From positions 107,880,001 through 107,944,000 of the forward strand of contig NC_059427.1 of the NCBI RefSeq assembly GCF_021028975.2: DNA of 64,000 nucleotides, read 5' to 3'. Made by a program: the position numbers and the translations under genes. Shown piece by piece: positions 1-12,690 of this stretch. Numbering within the stretch: position 1 is the stretch's first letter; each line of letters starts with the position of its first letter. This stretch comes from Sphaerodactylus townsendi. Lineage: Eukaryota. The notes beneath the pieces were generated by a model. The model did no database searches, was not told the DNA's origin, and saw nothing but the letters and a program-made list of their open reading frames with translations.

Positions 1-379
1 CCCTATGACATGTCTTATGAAAAGATCAGAAGTTATCTAGATATAAAGTGGTTAAAGAATACCGAATAATAATGCCTATTATCTTGAATGGTTTGTCAAA
101 CCTCCAGTCAATACGTAAAAAGTATGTCCTTACAACTGATGTTCCACATTCTGCCAATAATTTATAACTGGACAGTTGTTTGCGTGGTAGGTTTTGTCAA
201 ACCAGCTCCACACAAACACAGGATGACCATAGACAAAAGAAACAAAGGCCAGGATACTTCTATTCAGATGCTCCCACCAGTGACCTTGCTATCTACAGGG
301 TTACTCCCAGGCTATAGTCTTCATTGTTACTCATACTTCTATTCAGATGCCCTCAACTATTGACCTGGTTGCCGCCTTT

Positions 380-596
380 GTTACTCACAGACAAGGTTTC
401 CCCACCCACCCTGGACACTCCCCACACACCCTGGACAGATATATACTCCACTTGCTTTTCCAACATCAGATCCTCTGAAGATGCCAGCCACAGATGCAGG
501 CGAAACGTCAGGAGAGAATGCTGCTAGAACACGGCCATACAGCCCGGAAACCACACAGCACCCAAGTGATTCCGGCCGTGAAAGCCTTCGACAATG
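380..596 (+). mobile_element. Penelope-like element terminal repeat (pLTR) fragment
   Basis: CCTCTGAAGATGCCAGCCACAGATGCAGGCGAAACG...GAAAGCCTTCGACAAT, shared with copies near 36.1, 41.0-41.2 and 45.5-45.8 kb; left boundary approximate. Confidence 0.75.
471..513 (+). ncRNA. Minimal type I hammerhead ribozyme motif (Penelope-associated)
   Basis: Helix I TCCT/AGGA, core CTGAAGA 475-481, helix II GCC/GGC, GAAA 502-505, then CGTC with the GUC triplet ending at 509. Confidence 0.75.
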
Positions 597-1782
597 TCTT
601 CACTGGTTGTATAGGAGGTAAACAACTGTTTCATGATGCTATAGGATGGATTATGGAGTAAATCCTGTGTTCCAAGCTAATTCCAGTGCTGTGTGCATCT
701 CTAACTCTGATAGCTCCTCCCACCTTCTTGCCATATTGACAACATCAGTGGCTTCCAAGCGCAGTGGTCTGTGCTGGGGAAAAGCAACATCTTGCAATGT
801 AAGTGGTACTTACAGAAACCCACACAAGAAATGAGTAATACAGCACTATAAACAAATTGTCAGGAAAAGCTCTTTAGATATATATACCAGTCCCATGAAT
901 CTGGCTCCTCAGGTTTAATGTGACTTGTGAAGTACAGCACTAAATTGACTTTTAAAAAGGTGGAGTCTATGATGAAAGCCCAAATTATGTGAGTCATGTC
1001 TGTAGATGCTAAAATATTACTAATGGATTGTACAAAAAAGCAGGAACCAAAACAAGAATCAAATAATTAAAGGCCAGAGGTTTTTCTTACTTTCCCTTTC
1101 CCCATACCCTCACTTCTAACTCCCTCACTTCTATTTTATGAAATTTGGACATACATTTAAAAGTTGCAGCTTCCCAGATCAGTTAAGCCACCAGTTATCA
1201 TAATCTATTTCCCTTTGTATTCCCTCCCAAAAAGGAGCAGGAAAACCCAGGGATCCTTGTTTTCTTCTCTTTTCTAGCTCCTTCTACACACACGGAATCC
1301 TTTCCATTTTATCTGCACAGTTTCAACTGTGCAATAAAAACTCTTTATGCAATTGTTATTTTTAGAAGTCTGCCTCTTTGGCTTAAGACAGGCTTTGCAT
1401 CTGACATGGAAGATGGAAGGATCCGCCCATATCTTTAGGTCTTGTTTTTCCTGATCACTGTTGACTCCTTGAACCCAGACGCAGCCTTCAAAGCAGTAAG
1501 AAGCTGTCACCCTGGGCTAGAATAGTAGCAGCCGTAGCACAGTGGATACCCTGTGAAGATGTAATAGGAAAGAGCAAAGATGCCTGTACTCAATTTATAG
1601 CAAGCAAACAAAAGGAGTGGATTTCATGCCAGCCATTCTGTTGTGGTTATCTATCATAGGACCAGCAAAAGTGGCTGACCAGTAGAAAGTGATGCTTTAA
1701 AAAATCTACTCCACTACTATTTATTCTCTATTTTTAAAATTATTTGCAGGTTTTACTATGCTTCATAGCAACCCTGTGAGGT

Positions 1783-2047
1783 AAGAACTAAGAACATAAG
1801 AACAAGCCAGCTGGATCAGACCAGAGTCCATCTAGTCCAGCTCTCTGCTACTCGCAGTGGCCCACCAGGTGCCTTTGGGAGCTCACATGCAGGATGTGAA
1901 AGCAATGGCCTTCTGCGGCTGTTGCTCCCGAGCACCTGGTCTGTTAAGGCATTTGTTATCTCAGATCAAAGAGGATCAAGATTGGTAGCCATAAATCGAC
2001 TTCTCCTCCATAAATCTGTCCAAGCCCCTTTTAAAGCTATCCAGGTA
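1783..2047 (-). mobile_element. CR1-type LINE 3' end fragment
   Basis: AAGAACATAAGAAC...TGGATCAGACCA...TCCATCTAGTCCAGC; highly similar to 47765-48185. Confidence 0.6.
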
Positions 2048-2250
2048 GACCGCTATTGTAACCCTGTTGTAGATTGGGAATGGAGACATGGTAATTGGTA
2101 ATGATGAAGACCACACAGGGAGCCCTGATAGAAGAAGGACACAAACCCGAGACACACGGCCATCTGAACCACATTGGCTTTAGCCATTTTTCTTTACACA
2201 GTATTTCATTTTTGATTGCATTTTAATCACCCCTGACTTGTTCTGTCTTA

Positions 2251-2368
2251 GGTGGATTCCATATGGGCCAAAAACAGCAGTGTGAAAACGTTGTAAACCC
2301 TTTTACACTGTTTTAAACCATTTTACACTGTTTTCACACCACTGTTTTTGGCCCATGCGGAATCTGCC
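2251..2368. mobile_element. Palindromic MITE, PIF/Harbinger-like
   Basis: GGTGGATTCCATATGGGCCAAAAACAG pairs with CTGTTTTTGGCCCATGCGGAATCTGCC; flanked by TTA on both sides. Confidence 0.7.
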
Positions 2369-3009
2369 TTAGAGATTCCAGCTTTGTTGTCAGAATTTGA
2401 TTGAGCTGGAAAACTATTCTTTTGAAGACAGAGTCAAAAGACAATTTTTCTCATACTTCCTGGTGGTTATTTGTAATTTAATTGATAAGGTTGCCAGGTT
2501 ATCCCTGGCCACTGGTGAGGTGGGGAAGAGTTGCCAGCTCCAAGCTAGAAATTCCTGGAGATCTGGGGGTAGAGTCTGGTGAGGTCAGGGACTTCAGTGG
2601 GGTTCAATGCCATCAAGTTTACCCTCCAAAGCATCCTGTAATTCTGGAAGATCCCCAGGCCTTATCTAGAGGCTGGCATCTGCACTAATTGGGTAGGTCC
2701 CCAGGAAACGTGTATCCTACAGTGAGGCCACCTCAGGGTCACCTTCCTGATTAGACACAACACACAAACATCTTAGGAATATCTGACACACTTTTAAAGG
2801 TCTGGACTCTAGAATATGCTCATATTTTGTGGCCTGCCCTCAAAAGAAGACTCAGGCCTCAGCATGTGCTAAGTTTCCATGCACAAATGCTCCACAGGTA
2901 AAGGCTATATTTAGCATTCAGGCAGGCCTGATACATAAATTGCTGAAACGACACAAAGAATCTAATTCTCTACCTAAAACGTAACTGTACATACAAAAAC
3001 CCTGTTTCA

Positions 3010-3054
3010 ATAACCATTCTTTCTATAACCATTCTTTCTATAACCATTCTTTCT
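3010..3054. repeat. Tandem repeat (ATAACCATTCTTTCT)x3
   Basis: Three exact 15-bp units. Confidence 0.9.
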
Positions 3055-5443
3055 CAGTGTAAAGAAATATATCAAAAGCCTTATAATCTAAGGCTGCTAA
3101 TGGCCATCCTCACTGTCTAACCTTCCAGCCAAAATGCTCAACTGTCTTCTCCTCTCATAAAACTCTAATCTTACTGGCACATGCATCTATGAATAAATTA
3201 TAACATTTCTGTCATAGAAATTGACTGGAAGTGGGATCCCAACCCCCAAATCACAGCAAGTCTCATAACCAGTTTGTCATATCCACAGGCTCTGGGAAGC
3301 TAATCAGTTTTCCTGGGGCCCTCAAGGCTTAATCTGAATTAGAGCTTATATTTGCAATGTGTTTTTAATAGCTGGTGTCAAGGCTAGAGAACATGTGGAT
3401 TGTTGACAGTTTGAGCCCCTATGGATGGTGGGGTAAGCAGGGCTTAAATGTTAAAAAATTTAGAAGATGGAGCCTCTGAACACATTTTCTTCATTACCAC
3501 AGTTAATATAAATATATCTTGGGCTCTCACTGCAGGTGAATACTTTTTAGACACAGGCTAGGAGTTTCTTGCAGGCTCTCTCCTAACTCTGCAGCTTAAC
3601 AGAATGTGAGGAAAGAGATGCCCTTTTAACCATCCCCTAAAAGCCAACTACAACCTGTTCCTCCAGTAACAATTAGCTATCTACAGAAGAAGGAGTATGA
3701 TTAAGGCCAGGGGTCCCCAATTTTTGTACATATGGATATATTTAGAATTCTGACACAGGGTGGGGGACGCAATCATAAAATGGCTGCTGCAGGAGGTAGA
3801 GCCAACCATAAAGTATCAGGGAGCGAGATTATGGATAACTCTCATAATAATTCTTCAGCATTTAAGACACAAGCTTTTTAATCTGTGCAGCCAGTCAGAA
3901 GCACTGTTTGGTGCAACCTTCTTTGTTTGATTTGTGTTAATGCAGAGCATAACACAGACCAATATAAGTTTACTAGCTATACAGGAGGGGAACCAAGGAA
4001 AAAGAAAAAATAAACTCTGACTACATTGTGGCACTAATTTAAGGATATGGCTGAAGTGTCCCACTGCAGAACAAAGAAACTAAGGTAATTTTATAAGCTT
4101 AGATAAATGTTTTCTCAGGTACCAGTATGTAGTTAATAGCCACTAAAATGGCCAATGTACCCAGGGAATGAATAGGTCAGCTCATTAGAATGTAGACCTC
4201 AATATTTTGTTTACATATAAACAAATGGTTAACACTTTCATGACTGCTTGTGACATACGCATGTAATTCCCAGCAAAGTTCCATTTGATTCTGCCCATTT
4301 TCTATATTTAAAAAACTTGGTGGACACCAGGAAAGGTGTTGGCAGGCCCTCTAACAGCTGTGAGCACCACACTGGGGACCTCTGATAGAGGCTAAGGACT
4401 TCCCTGGGTACAAGTCTCATTGAATAATATGGGATTTACTTCCAAGAGGACGTGTTTAAGTGTGCTAGCCTCCCACTGTGAGGCTTTTTCCATAGCCGTG
4501 CTTTACATCCCACTTTTCTCCCAGATGGGACTCAAAGCAGCTTAGAACATCATTCTCCCCTCCTCCATTCTCTCACAACAACCATCTTGGGAGGCTGGCT
4601 GGCAGTCTGTGAAAGGCACAAGGTTACCCAGTGAGTTTCCACAGCAGAAGTGGAGATTCAAACCTGGATTTCTCAGGGTCCTAGGTGTTTATTCTGTCCA
4701 CTACACCACAAGGTTACCACTATCTTTGATTTTTCTTTTGAAATGAAAGCTGAAAATGTAACAATAATAAATCACTCTGTTTATATTAGGATAGAGGGAA
4801 ATCCAAGAATCATTTGATGAAGCTGTGCAGCAGAAACAGGGGGGGGGGCGTTTTCACCAAAGTCATAATTTTTTTTGTAGAACTCATTGTCACAAAAGTA
4901 TGTATGTATTTTATTTATTTCCTTCATTTATTCCCCAAAGCAGGTTACATCATTCCTCTCTCCTCCACTGTACCCTCACAACCCCTCTGCAAAGTATACT
5001 GAGAATTGGTCCAGAATCAGCCAGTAAGTCTTCCATGGCACAAGTGGGATTCAAATTCAGGTCTTGTAGTCAGGCACTCATAACCGCTACACCCCATTGC
5101 CATGAACAATGGAAATTTCTTGTTGATGATGGTAGGGATTTTTTTTATGTGATTACACAATTTCAGCGATTAGGTTGTGTGTTCAGGGACATCCTTCTCC
5201 TCTTGCTATTATTTCATTTATTCATTTGACTTGTACCAGTACTTTCCTGACAAGACTTTTGTGGGTGCTGAATGTGTCAGGTGAGCCCCCGGACTATCTT
5301 AAGAACTATAAAAGTGGAGTGTGTGGTTATGCCTTTGGGAGGGCAGGTGGCAAGATCGCTTCTAGATCCTTAGGAGGACACCATGGACCATTGACCACCC
5401 TGGTTTGTATTGCTCCTGACACCATTAATGTAAAAGGGTGAGT

Positions 5444-6459
5444 GGGTGGGAGTTTTCAGGTTTAATTATTCTGTATAACATATCCATTCCTGTATTGGGG
5501 TTTTTGTAGCCTAAACAGATGTTGAGTGCTTATTAGATTCATTCAGGGGTTTCTCCTTCATGGGGTGATGGGAAGGAGGAGCAGCTGTGGCTACCTCACA
5601 GACACAGGCCAGCGGGGACTGGGTGTTTAGCTCGCCCTTTTCACCGCCCGTCTTCTCAGCAGACCTGAGCGCGGGCGGGGTGGGCGGGAGTGTTTTGTCT
5701 CTTGCAGCAGGCGGCGGCTCAGCTCTATTTCTGCGGCGCGCGGTGATCAGCAGCCTCGAGACTCCCCCGCCGGGCTTGTTTGGCTGAGGAAAGAAAAGGA
5801 GACGAGGGACACGGTCGTCCGGCCAGACTCCCCTCGCCGGCTGTTGCAGGTACGAAGGAGCAGGCAAGCCCTGCTCGTGCACAAAGACGGCGCTGCGGCG
5901 CCAGCTTGGGGCTGGGATGCTCTGAGTGGGGAGCAAGGAGGTGGTCGTGGGGGAGACCTGAGGCGACTGGCCGCCCGATCGCGCAGCATCTTGCTACCCG
6001 CACGAGCCCGGTGCAGAAGCAGATGATCCAGGAGAGCGACGGTCACTCCCCGTGGAGTCGGTAACCTTCAATACGCTTCAACCATCGCGCTCCACTTGCA
6101 ATTTGGAGCGTTCAGAGTGCGGGTCGTGTGAAAGTCTGTTATGTCGTCGAGGAGTTTCAGTCTGGGGGTTGGGGGTTGTAGGAATGGGGTGGGAGTTTTC
6201 AGCTTGAATTATTCTTTAGTATAGCATGTGCATTCCTGTATTTGGGTTTTTGTAGCCTAAAAAGATGTTGGCTGATTCCGCACAGCACATTTATAACGAG
6301 TTGTAATCGTTATAAATGATCTTATTTCCCCCTTTTATAAATGGAAAACGAATTCATTCATAACGATTGCAACGCGTTATAAAAATGCTGTCCGGAAACC
6401 ATCGTTGAGCGCTTATTAGATTCGCTCAGGGTTTTTTTCCTTCATGGGGTATCTGGAAG
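5444..6459. repeat. About 130-bp direct repeats (5444-5575 and 6187-6459) bracketing a CpG-rich segment
   Basis: Both copies read GGGTGGGAGTTTTCAG...TTTTTGTAGCCTAAA..GATGTT..GCTTATTAGATTC..CCTTCATGGGGT..GGAAG; the second is split by a MITE. Confidence 0.85.
6270..6403. mobile_element. Palindromic MITE with 3-bp TSD GTT (Harbinger-like)
   Basis: Imperfect TIRs GGCTGATTCCGCACAGC / GCTGTCCGGAAACCATC; the empty site is visible in the first direct-repeat copy near 5520. Confidence 0.75.
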
Positions 6460-9316
6460 TGTCATGTTCTTTTTACTGGCCAGTTTTGATCATAGGAAGG
6501 GGATTCCTACGGAGTTAATTCTTTACCTTCAAGGGAGTTACAGCCCAATATAGGAACATCTTTCATGAGCGTGGAGGAGCATAATGTGTGAAGGTTGCAG
6601 GAAGGTATTTAGTTCAGCAGATACTAAGGTGGGATCTTGACTATAAATTAGTCAAGGGCTGCAGGGGTCAATTGTGTAATGGGATAGACTAGGTTAGTCA
6701 TTTTGTCATCCTTAGATCAACTAAAAAGGTGCCTCAGTTGAATCAGACAATAGACTTTTTTCATCATTAGTTGTTTTAATACAAGAATTTAGAGAGGCTA
6801 TAGTAGACAGCAAGCAAGCAGCATCTTAGATAATGTGTCCCCTCCAGTTCTCACACACCAGGGAATGCCTCTTCTAAGGTGCCTGTTCCATATGAGGCAT
6901 ATGACCCATGTACTGAGAATACCCACCCCAATACTATTCAAATAGCAATAGGGGGAGGAATTCTCTGTACAGATCTAATTATGTGAATGAATGTGTTGGA
7001 CAGCACCATCCCAAGATGTTATTTGGTCTACAAAGAATAAGAGAAACAAAACGAGGAAACTGATACTTGTCTGAGTAACTTCTGTTAGTGTCAAGAGTGT
7101 AAAAGCTTCCAAGTAATATAGAGATTATTCATTCCACATATTTGCATATCCTGTACATTTAAAATCTATATGTGCTAGATCATGAAAGAATTCTTATTCT
7201 TTCTTTTCTGTTTTTTTAGTATGAATAGATGGGATGACTTCATATGTGAATGATGTTGTGTCACCACAGATAAAACGGATGCATGTGCCTGTATGGTATG
7301 CAAAGTTTAAAAAAAGGAATTGCGTCGTGCAAAATTTATAGCTTTATTTGTACAAGTACATTATGAGATTGTGAAGCAGTGGGAGGAAACTGTTAAAGCC
7401 ATCATATTCTGGTTTTGTTTGGATTTTGTGCTTGAAAGAAGGGAGAGGATAAAGACAGATCCCAAACAAAGATGCTGGGGCTCTGAAAACCTTTTATGTA
7501 ATGTTAGGTGCATATGGGTTGGTTATAAAGTTCCATTCAGTGAATCAGGACTGCAAGGATACTTTTGGATCTTTCATATCATTTCCCTCCCCCCCTCCCA
7601 ACTCCTGAGACATCCAGAACTCTGGTGCTGGAGATTACAGAACTCACATAGGGGATGGGAGGGGAATTGTTCAGTCTGCCAGTTACGATCTGGCTGACAA
7701 GCCTTGCTCTCTATGCCCACGCTTTCAGAATCTGTTTCTTGAGTCCAAGTGAGAAAGGTGGACTTGGACTATAAATAATACAAATAAATAAAGGTGAGGC
7801 AGGTGGTAACCAGAAACAGGGCCTTTTCAGTGGGAAGGAACAATGTTTCTTTCTTTTAGGCGCCAGGCCAAAATGTTTCTGTTTACCAAAGCTTTTAATC
7901 AAGGGATTGATTTTTTAAACACTATTTTAGTCTGGTAACCCTTTTTTCTTCTGCTGACATGAGAACAAGATGGGGGAGGGTTTTTTTGCCCAACTCCCCT
8001 CTTCACTACACACACACACCCTATACACATGCAGCTCCTCCAGCATCAGCTTTTTGAATGTTTAAGGGGAGTGTTGGAGAAAGGGGAAGAAGATGAGGAA
8101 GCTCCATGTCAGCAAGCACCTTCCAATGGGGCATTGTTGGATGGAACAGACCAGCCACAGTTGCAGCTGTCTATCCCTGACTATAGTCAAACAAAGAGGA
8201 AGGAGGGAGAGATGGGGTTTGCTTAGGGCTAGAAGCCAGCTTCTTGGAGGCCTGCCTCTAATCTTTGCTGGGATTGAGGTCGCAAGTATTTTCCAGGCAC
8301 CTAGCCAGGGAATAAGATGAATCAGAGTGAGGCCACCTAAGGGCCACAGTTCAATGTCAGTCACCTTTACGTCTCAAGGACTGGAGTATATAATCCCATA
8401 ACAGTTCAGGAGTCTGGCATCAGGTTTTGCTTCTGGAACAGAAATGGAGAACCAGAGAAAGGTGAAGTTTGAGACCACTAAACAAAATGTTGACTTGGAC
8501 CTGAAAGAAGTGGGTTCAAATGTTTAATTTGTTGGAAGGTGCCTAGGATAAAATATTTTGTCTTCCAGATAACAGAGATTGATGAAATGGTGATCTACCA
8601 CACAAGGTTGTTGTAAGGCAAATGAGACAAATATTATAACTGCACGTTGCAGATCAACAATCCAGTCTGACTCACAGGTTAACCCATATTTTGAAGACTG
8701 AAGATCATCAGACAGCTGTGACTTAGGAGAAGAATGAGCTTTATGTAAGGCAATTTGGAAAGCAGGATTGTGGTGAAGAGTTCATCTGGATCATGCAGAT
8801 TCTATCAGGATTCTGAGAGGTTTAATTTCAAGTACTCAGAACGAATGAGTCAAAACATTTTGTTATTTGAACTAGATCTGAATGATTATAGGTGAACTAG
8901 AATTAAAGTTGGGTTTGATTGGCACATTGTATGTTCAATTTGGGGTTTGAAGGAGTGTCCATAGAGCAGTAGTCCTTGGATGCCATGGCACCTTCCAAGA
9001 GTTTCTAGAAAGTGGGCAGGTTTTCCCTGAAGGGGTTCTGATTGGCCCTTGGAGACCTGATTTTTATAAATATTGCTTCAGCACAGCTGAAGGATCTTCA
9101 CTGTGTAACTGAAGGTGCATGAAGAAACAATACATTAATTCAAAAGGCATCTTATTAAACAGAGCTTTTGCCTGAAACTTTCTAGTTACTATTAGAGCAG
9201 AGGATACCTGACCTCACTCTCTGACAATGTGTGGTGGAAGCAAATTTCTGATACCTTGTATCAGAATCCCAAAGGGTGTCTTAGGCTCAGAAAGGTTGGT
9301 GAGCCTTGCTGTAGAG

Positions 9317-10098
9317 CAGGGGTATTGAACTCATTTGTTGCGAGGGCCAGACATGACATAAATGTGACTTGGTCAGGCCAGGGTGAGGGTAGGTGTGTGG
9401 CTGCCTCAATTGGCCCCAGAGTGGCATAGGAGTGTGTGTGCCTGGACTATGCCCTGTTCAGGATAAAGATGACAGAAGATTTGTTAATTCACCCACCATT
9501 TCCTGGATCATCTTTGTTCTAGAGTGGTCCACTTGGGTCCTAGTGCCTTGGGGACAGAACTAGGTGGACACTAGGATCCAAGTGAAGTATTCTAGAACAA
9601 AGATGGTCCAGGAGATGGATTCACAAATCTCCTGTCATCTTTATCCTGAATAGGGTATAGCATGTCAGCCAGCTGAGTCAAAAACTCTTGGATCTCCAGG
9701 TCAGATTTGGAGGGAGGAGGGTTGTGCCAGCTGACTCATGAAGAGTTTTAGATTTAAGTTCTGCTTTTCTCAACCATAAGCAGTCTCAAAGTGATTTACA
9801 AATTTCTTCCCCCCTTCTCCCCACAACAGACACCTTGAGAGGTAGGTGGGGCTGATAGAATTCTGAAGAACTGTGACAAACCTGAGGTTACCCAACAGGT
9901 AGGAGTGGGAAAACAAATCCCATTCACCAGATAAGAATCTGCCACCCATGTGTAGGAGTGGGGAATGAAACTTGGTTCTTCAGATTAGAAACTACTACTC
10001 TTATCCACTGACTATACCATGCTGGTTCTCATGAGCCTTATAAGCCTACTTAAAGGGCCAGATGATCCAACCCCTAGACCACATGTTTGATGCCCCAG
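9317..10098. mobile_element. Non-autonomous hAT element with a nested hairpin MITE (9447-9660) and SINE (about 9740-10030)
   Basis: Starts CAGGGGT; 8-bp TSD CTGTAGAG at 9309-9316 and 10099-10106. Confidence 0.7.
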
Positions 10099-10539
10099 CT
10101 GTAGAGTTTCATGCAGTTCTTTAATGCGGTAGTTTAATGTATCAGAATTTCTGGGAAGAGAGAGCTTTTTGGGTCAAAATTGATCTCCCTCACAAGAGGG
10201 AAGGGACAGAGACTGCAAGTGTGGAACCACTATGCTACTGAGGATCAGCATTTCTTCCATCATAAGGCTGCACTGATGGAGCCAATCCATGTGGGAAGAT
10301 TCTGAGGCAAAGATGTCACAATTTCCATCAATAATTGATTCGAAGAATTGTTCTGAATGGTCACACATTAACAAATGTTATCTTAAAATATCAGAGTGAG
10401 GCGAACAACTAGAAGCATGACAAATAGATTGGGAGAAAAGATTTGATATGAGGTCCTGTTTAACGGTTTGGGAGATCAAAGGTCATATGATATTACTGAG
10501 TCCTTTCTCTATCCCTTTTCCTGTAGATTTATTTATGTT

Positions 10540-11400
10540 ATTTATTCTTTGATTTCTAGACTGCCCTTCCCATGCAGGTTCAGGGGGGCTTCCAACAATA
10601 GATCAACAATTAAAACAATCTAGGTCACCTCTTTCCATTCATGTCACTGACTAAACTATTGGAGGTTGGGCATTATATGAGTAGAAAAAGGAAAGGAGCG
10701 GGAAAGCAAAGGACAGGGCAAGAAGGGAATAGAGAGAGAGAGGGAAAGGGAGGCCAGCTTGCTCAATTCTGTTGCTGTCCTCAGCCAAAGGCCCAGTGGA
10801 ACAGCTCCCTCTTGCAGACCCTGTGGAACTTAATTACATACTGCAGGGCCCAGGTCTCATCTGACAGAGTATTCTACCAGGCCGGGGCCAGAGTTCAGAA
10901 AGCTGTGGTCAAGGACAGACGGATATCTTTAGGGTCAGGAACCACCAGCAAGTTGTTATTCATGTGCAATGCTCTCTGGGGTATATATCTGGGGAGGTGG
11001 TCTCACAGATATGCAGGCCTCGGACCATTTAGGGCTTTAAAGGTTAAAACCAGTACCTTGAATCTGATTTGGTACTCCACTGGAAGCCATTGCAGCTGAT
11101 AGAGTGTTGGATGGATACGTGCTCACCACGGCATCCTCATAAGGAGCCATGCAGCTGCATTTTGAACCAGTTGGATTTTCTGGACCAGATCCAAGGGTAG
11201 TCTCACATAGAGCAAGTTATCATAGTCCAGTTTGGAGGTGACCATTTGCATGGATCACTTAGCTAGGTCAGGACAAGACACTTAGGGAGCCCGTAACCTG
11301 CCTTAGTGAAGATGAAAACACTTTGCCACTTTTGTGACTTGAGCCTCCATAGTTAAGGAGGCATCAAGCGTCATGCCTAAACTCCTGACAGTTTGCATAG
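10540..11400 (-). mobile_element. L2-type LINE 3' fragment (degenerate RT C-terminus)
   Basis: Minus strand reads about VIHAMVTSKLDY..LLY..LP, like the L2 motif HALITSRLDYCN; boundaries approximate. Confidence 0.6.
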
Positions 11401-11402
11401 AT

Positions 11403-11811
11403 CAGGGGTAGGGAACCTTTAACACTCAAAGAGCCATTTGGACCCGTTTTCCATGGGAAAAGAAAACACTTGGAGCCGCAAATAATTTTTGACATTTAAA
11501 ATAAAGATAACACTGTATATATTGGGGTTTTTTTACCTTTTACTCCACTCATTCTGAGAAGCGCATGGATGCGGCAAGGATGGGGTCAGCGGCTCGGCCT
11601 CGCTGGCCACCGGGAAAGCGCCCACCCCGCTCCAACGGGGCAGGCAAGAGGGGAAGCCCACGGCGCGGCCCACCCAGCCGTGGGCAGTTGGTGCGCCTGC
11701 CCTGCTGCCTGCAGGGCGGGCAAGGATGGGGCCGGCGGCTTGGCTCGTGGAGCCGCAGTGCAAGGGCAGAAGAGCCGCATGCGGCTCTCGAGCCGCAGGT
11801 TCCCTACCCCG
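11403..11811. mobile_element. Non-autonomous hAT element, CpG-rich (young)
   Basis: TIRs CAGGGGTAGGGAACCT / AGGTTCCCTACCCCG; perfect 8-bp TSD GCATAGAT. Confidence 0.85.
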
Positions 11812-12099
11812 GCATAGATGTTAACTGCATCCTGTCAAGAGTTAAATTTTACCTGAAATTGGATATAGAGACTCCACATAACTTTCAAGTATCTTTCAAG
11901 ATGGATGAGGTAATGACAGACATTTTCTGTGTGGCCCAAACTTGAAACTCTAAGAAACTGGGCTTTATCTGTTGGCCTTAAAATAATTCTGAAAGAAGTC
12001 TTGCTCTCCCATTTCACTTGACAGACTATTTCCCAGAATCCAAGGTGACACTTTCCCCATGGAGCTCATGATCTAAAGCTAGTGTTTCACTTCCTATAG

Positions 12100-12690
12100 T
12101 TGCTGAAATTAGCCATGGCAGTCTATTTCAGCAAATATAAACAAGTTGTTTGGCGCTGTAAAGGCAAACCAAATGTCATCGATAGCCTAGAAATGCAGCC
12201 TCTTCAGATGCAATGAATGAATCTAACCTATATAATAATTTGATGTACGGATATTAAAACAATAAGGTCAAGAAGCACAGGAAATTTAGGGTAAAATGCA
12301 AATTCAGATCTGATAAAGACCATGTTTTATTATTTATTTACAAAATGTACTTTCTGCCTTCATTAGGGCTACCAAGACAGCTAATAGATTAGAGGCAAAA
12401 ATAAAAAAAAATCTTTAAAACCCATTAAAACCAAACAAAACTATTAAAACCAAGCTAAAATACATACAGGGAAACATTTTTTAATTTTTAGATTTGAATT
12501 TTACACTGAATTTTATCTTTCTTTTCTTGTGATCCTTCTATTTGTTAATTTTTCATACCTTCTGCATAAAAGTTCTGCCTAATAAGGAGCCACTCATTGT
12601 GTCTGAAGGAGTGGGCTGTATCCCATGCCCATGAAAGCTTATGCTGGAATTTTTTGTTAGTCCTTAAGTTGCCTCAAGACTCCTGTTTAT
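12100..12690. mobile_element. Degenerate inverted pair of a second Penelope-type pLTR family
   Basis: CTGAAGGAGTGGGC...GCCCATGAAAGCTTATGCTGGAAT...TTGTTAGTC at 12603-12662, with a decayed reverse copy at about 12100-12215. Confidence 0.5.

Noticed and set aside
5511-6064. Six overlapping ORFs in the orphan GC-rich segment
   Set aside because: No recognisable domain or consistent splice structure; reported only as an unexplained CpG-rich block
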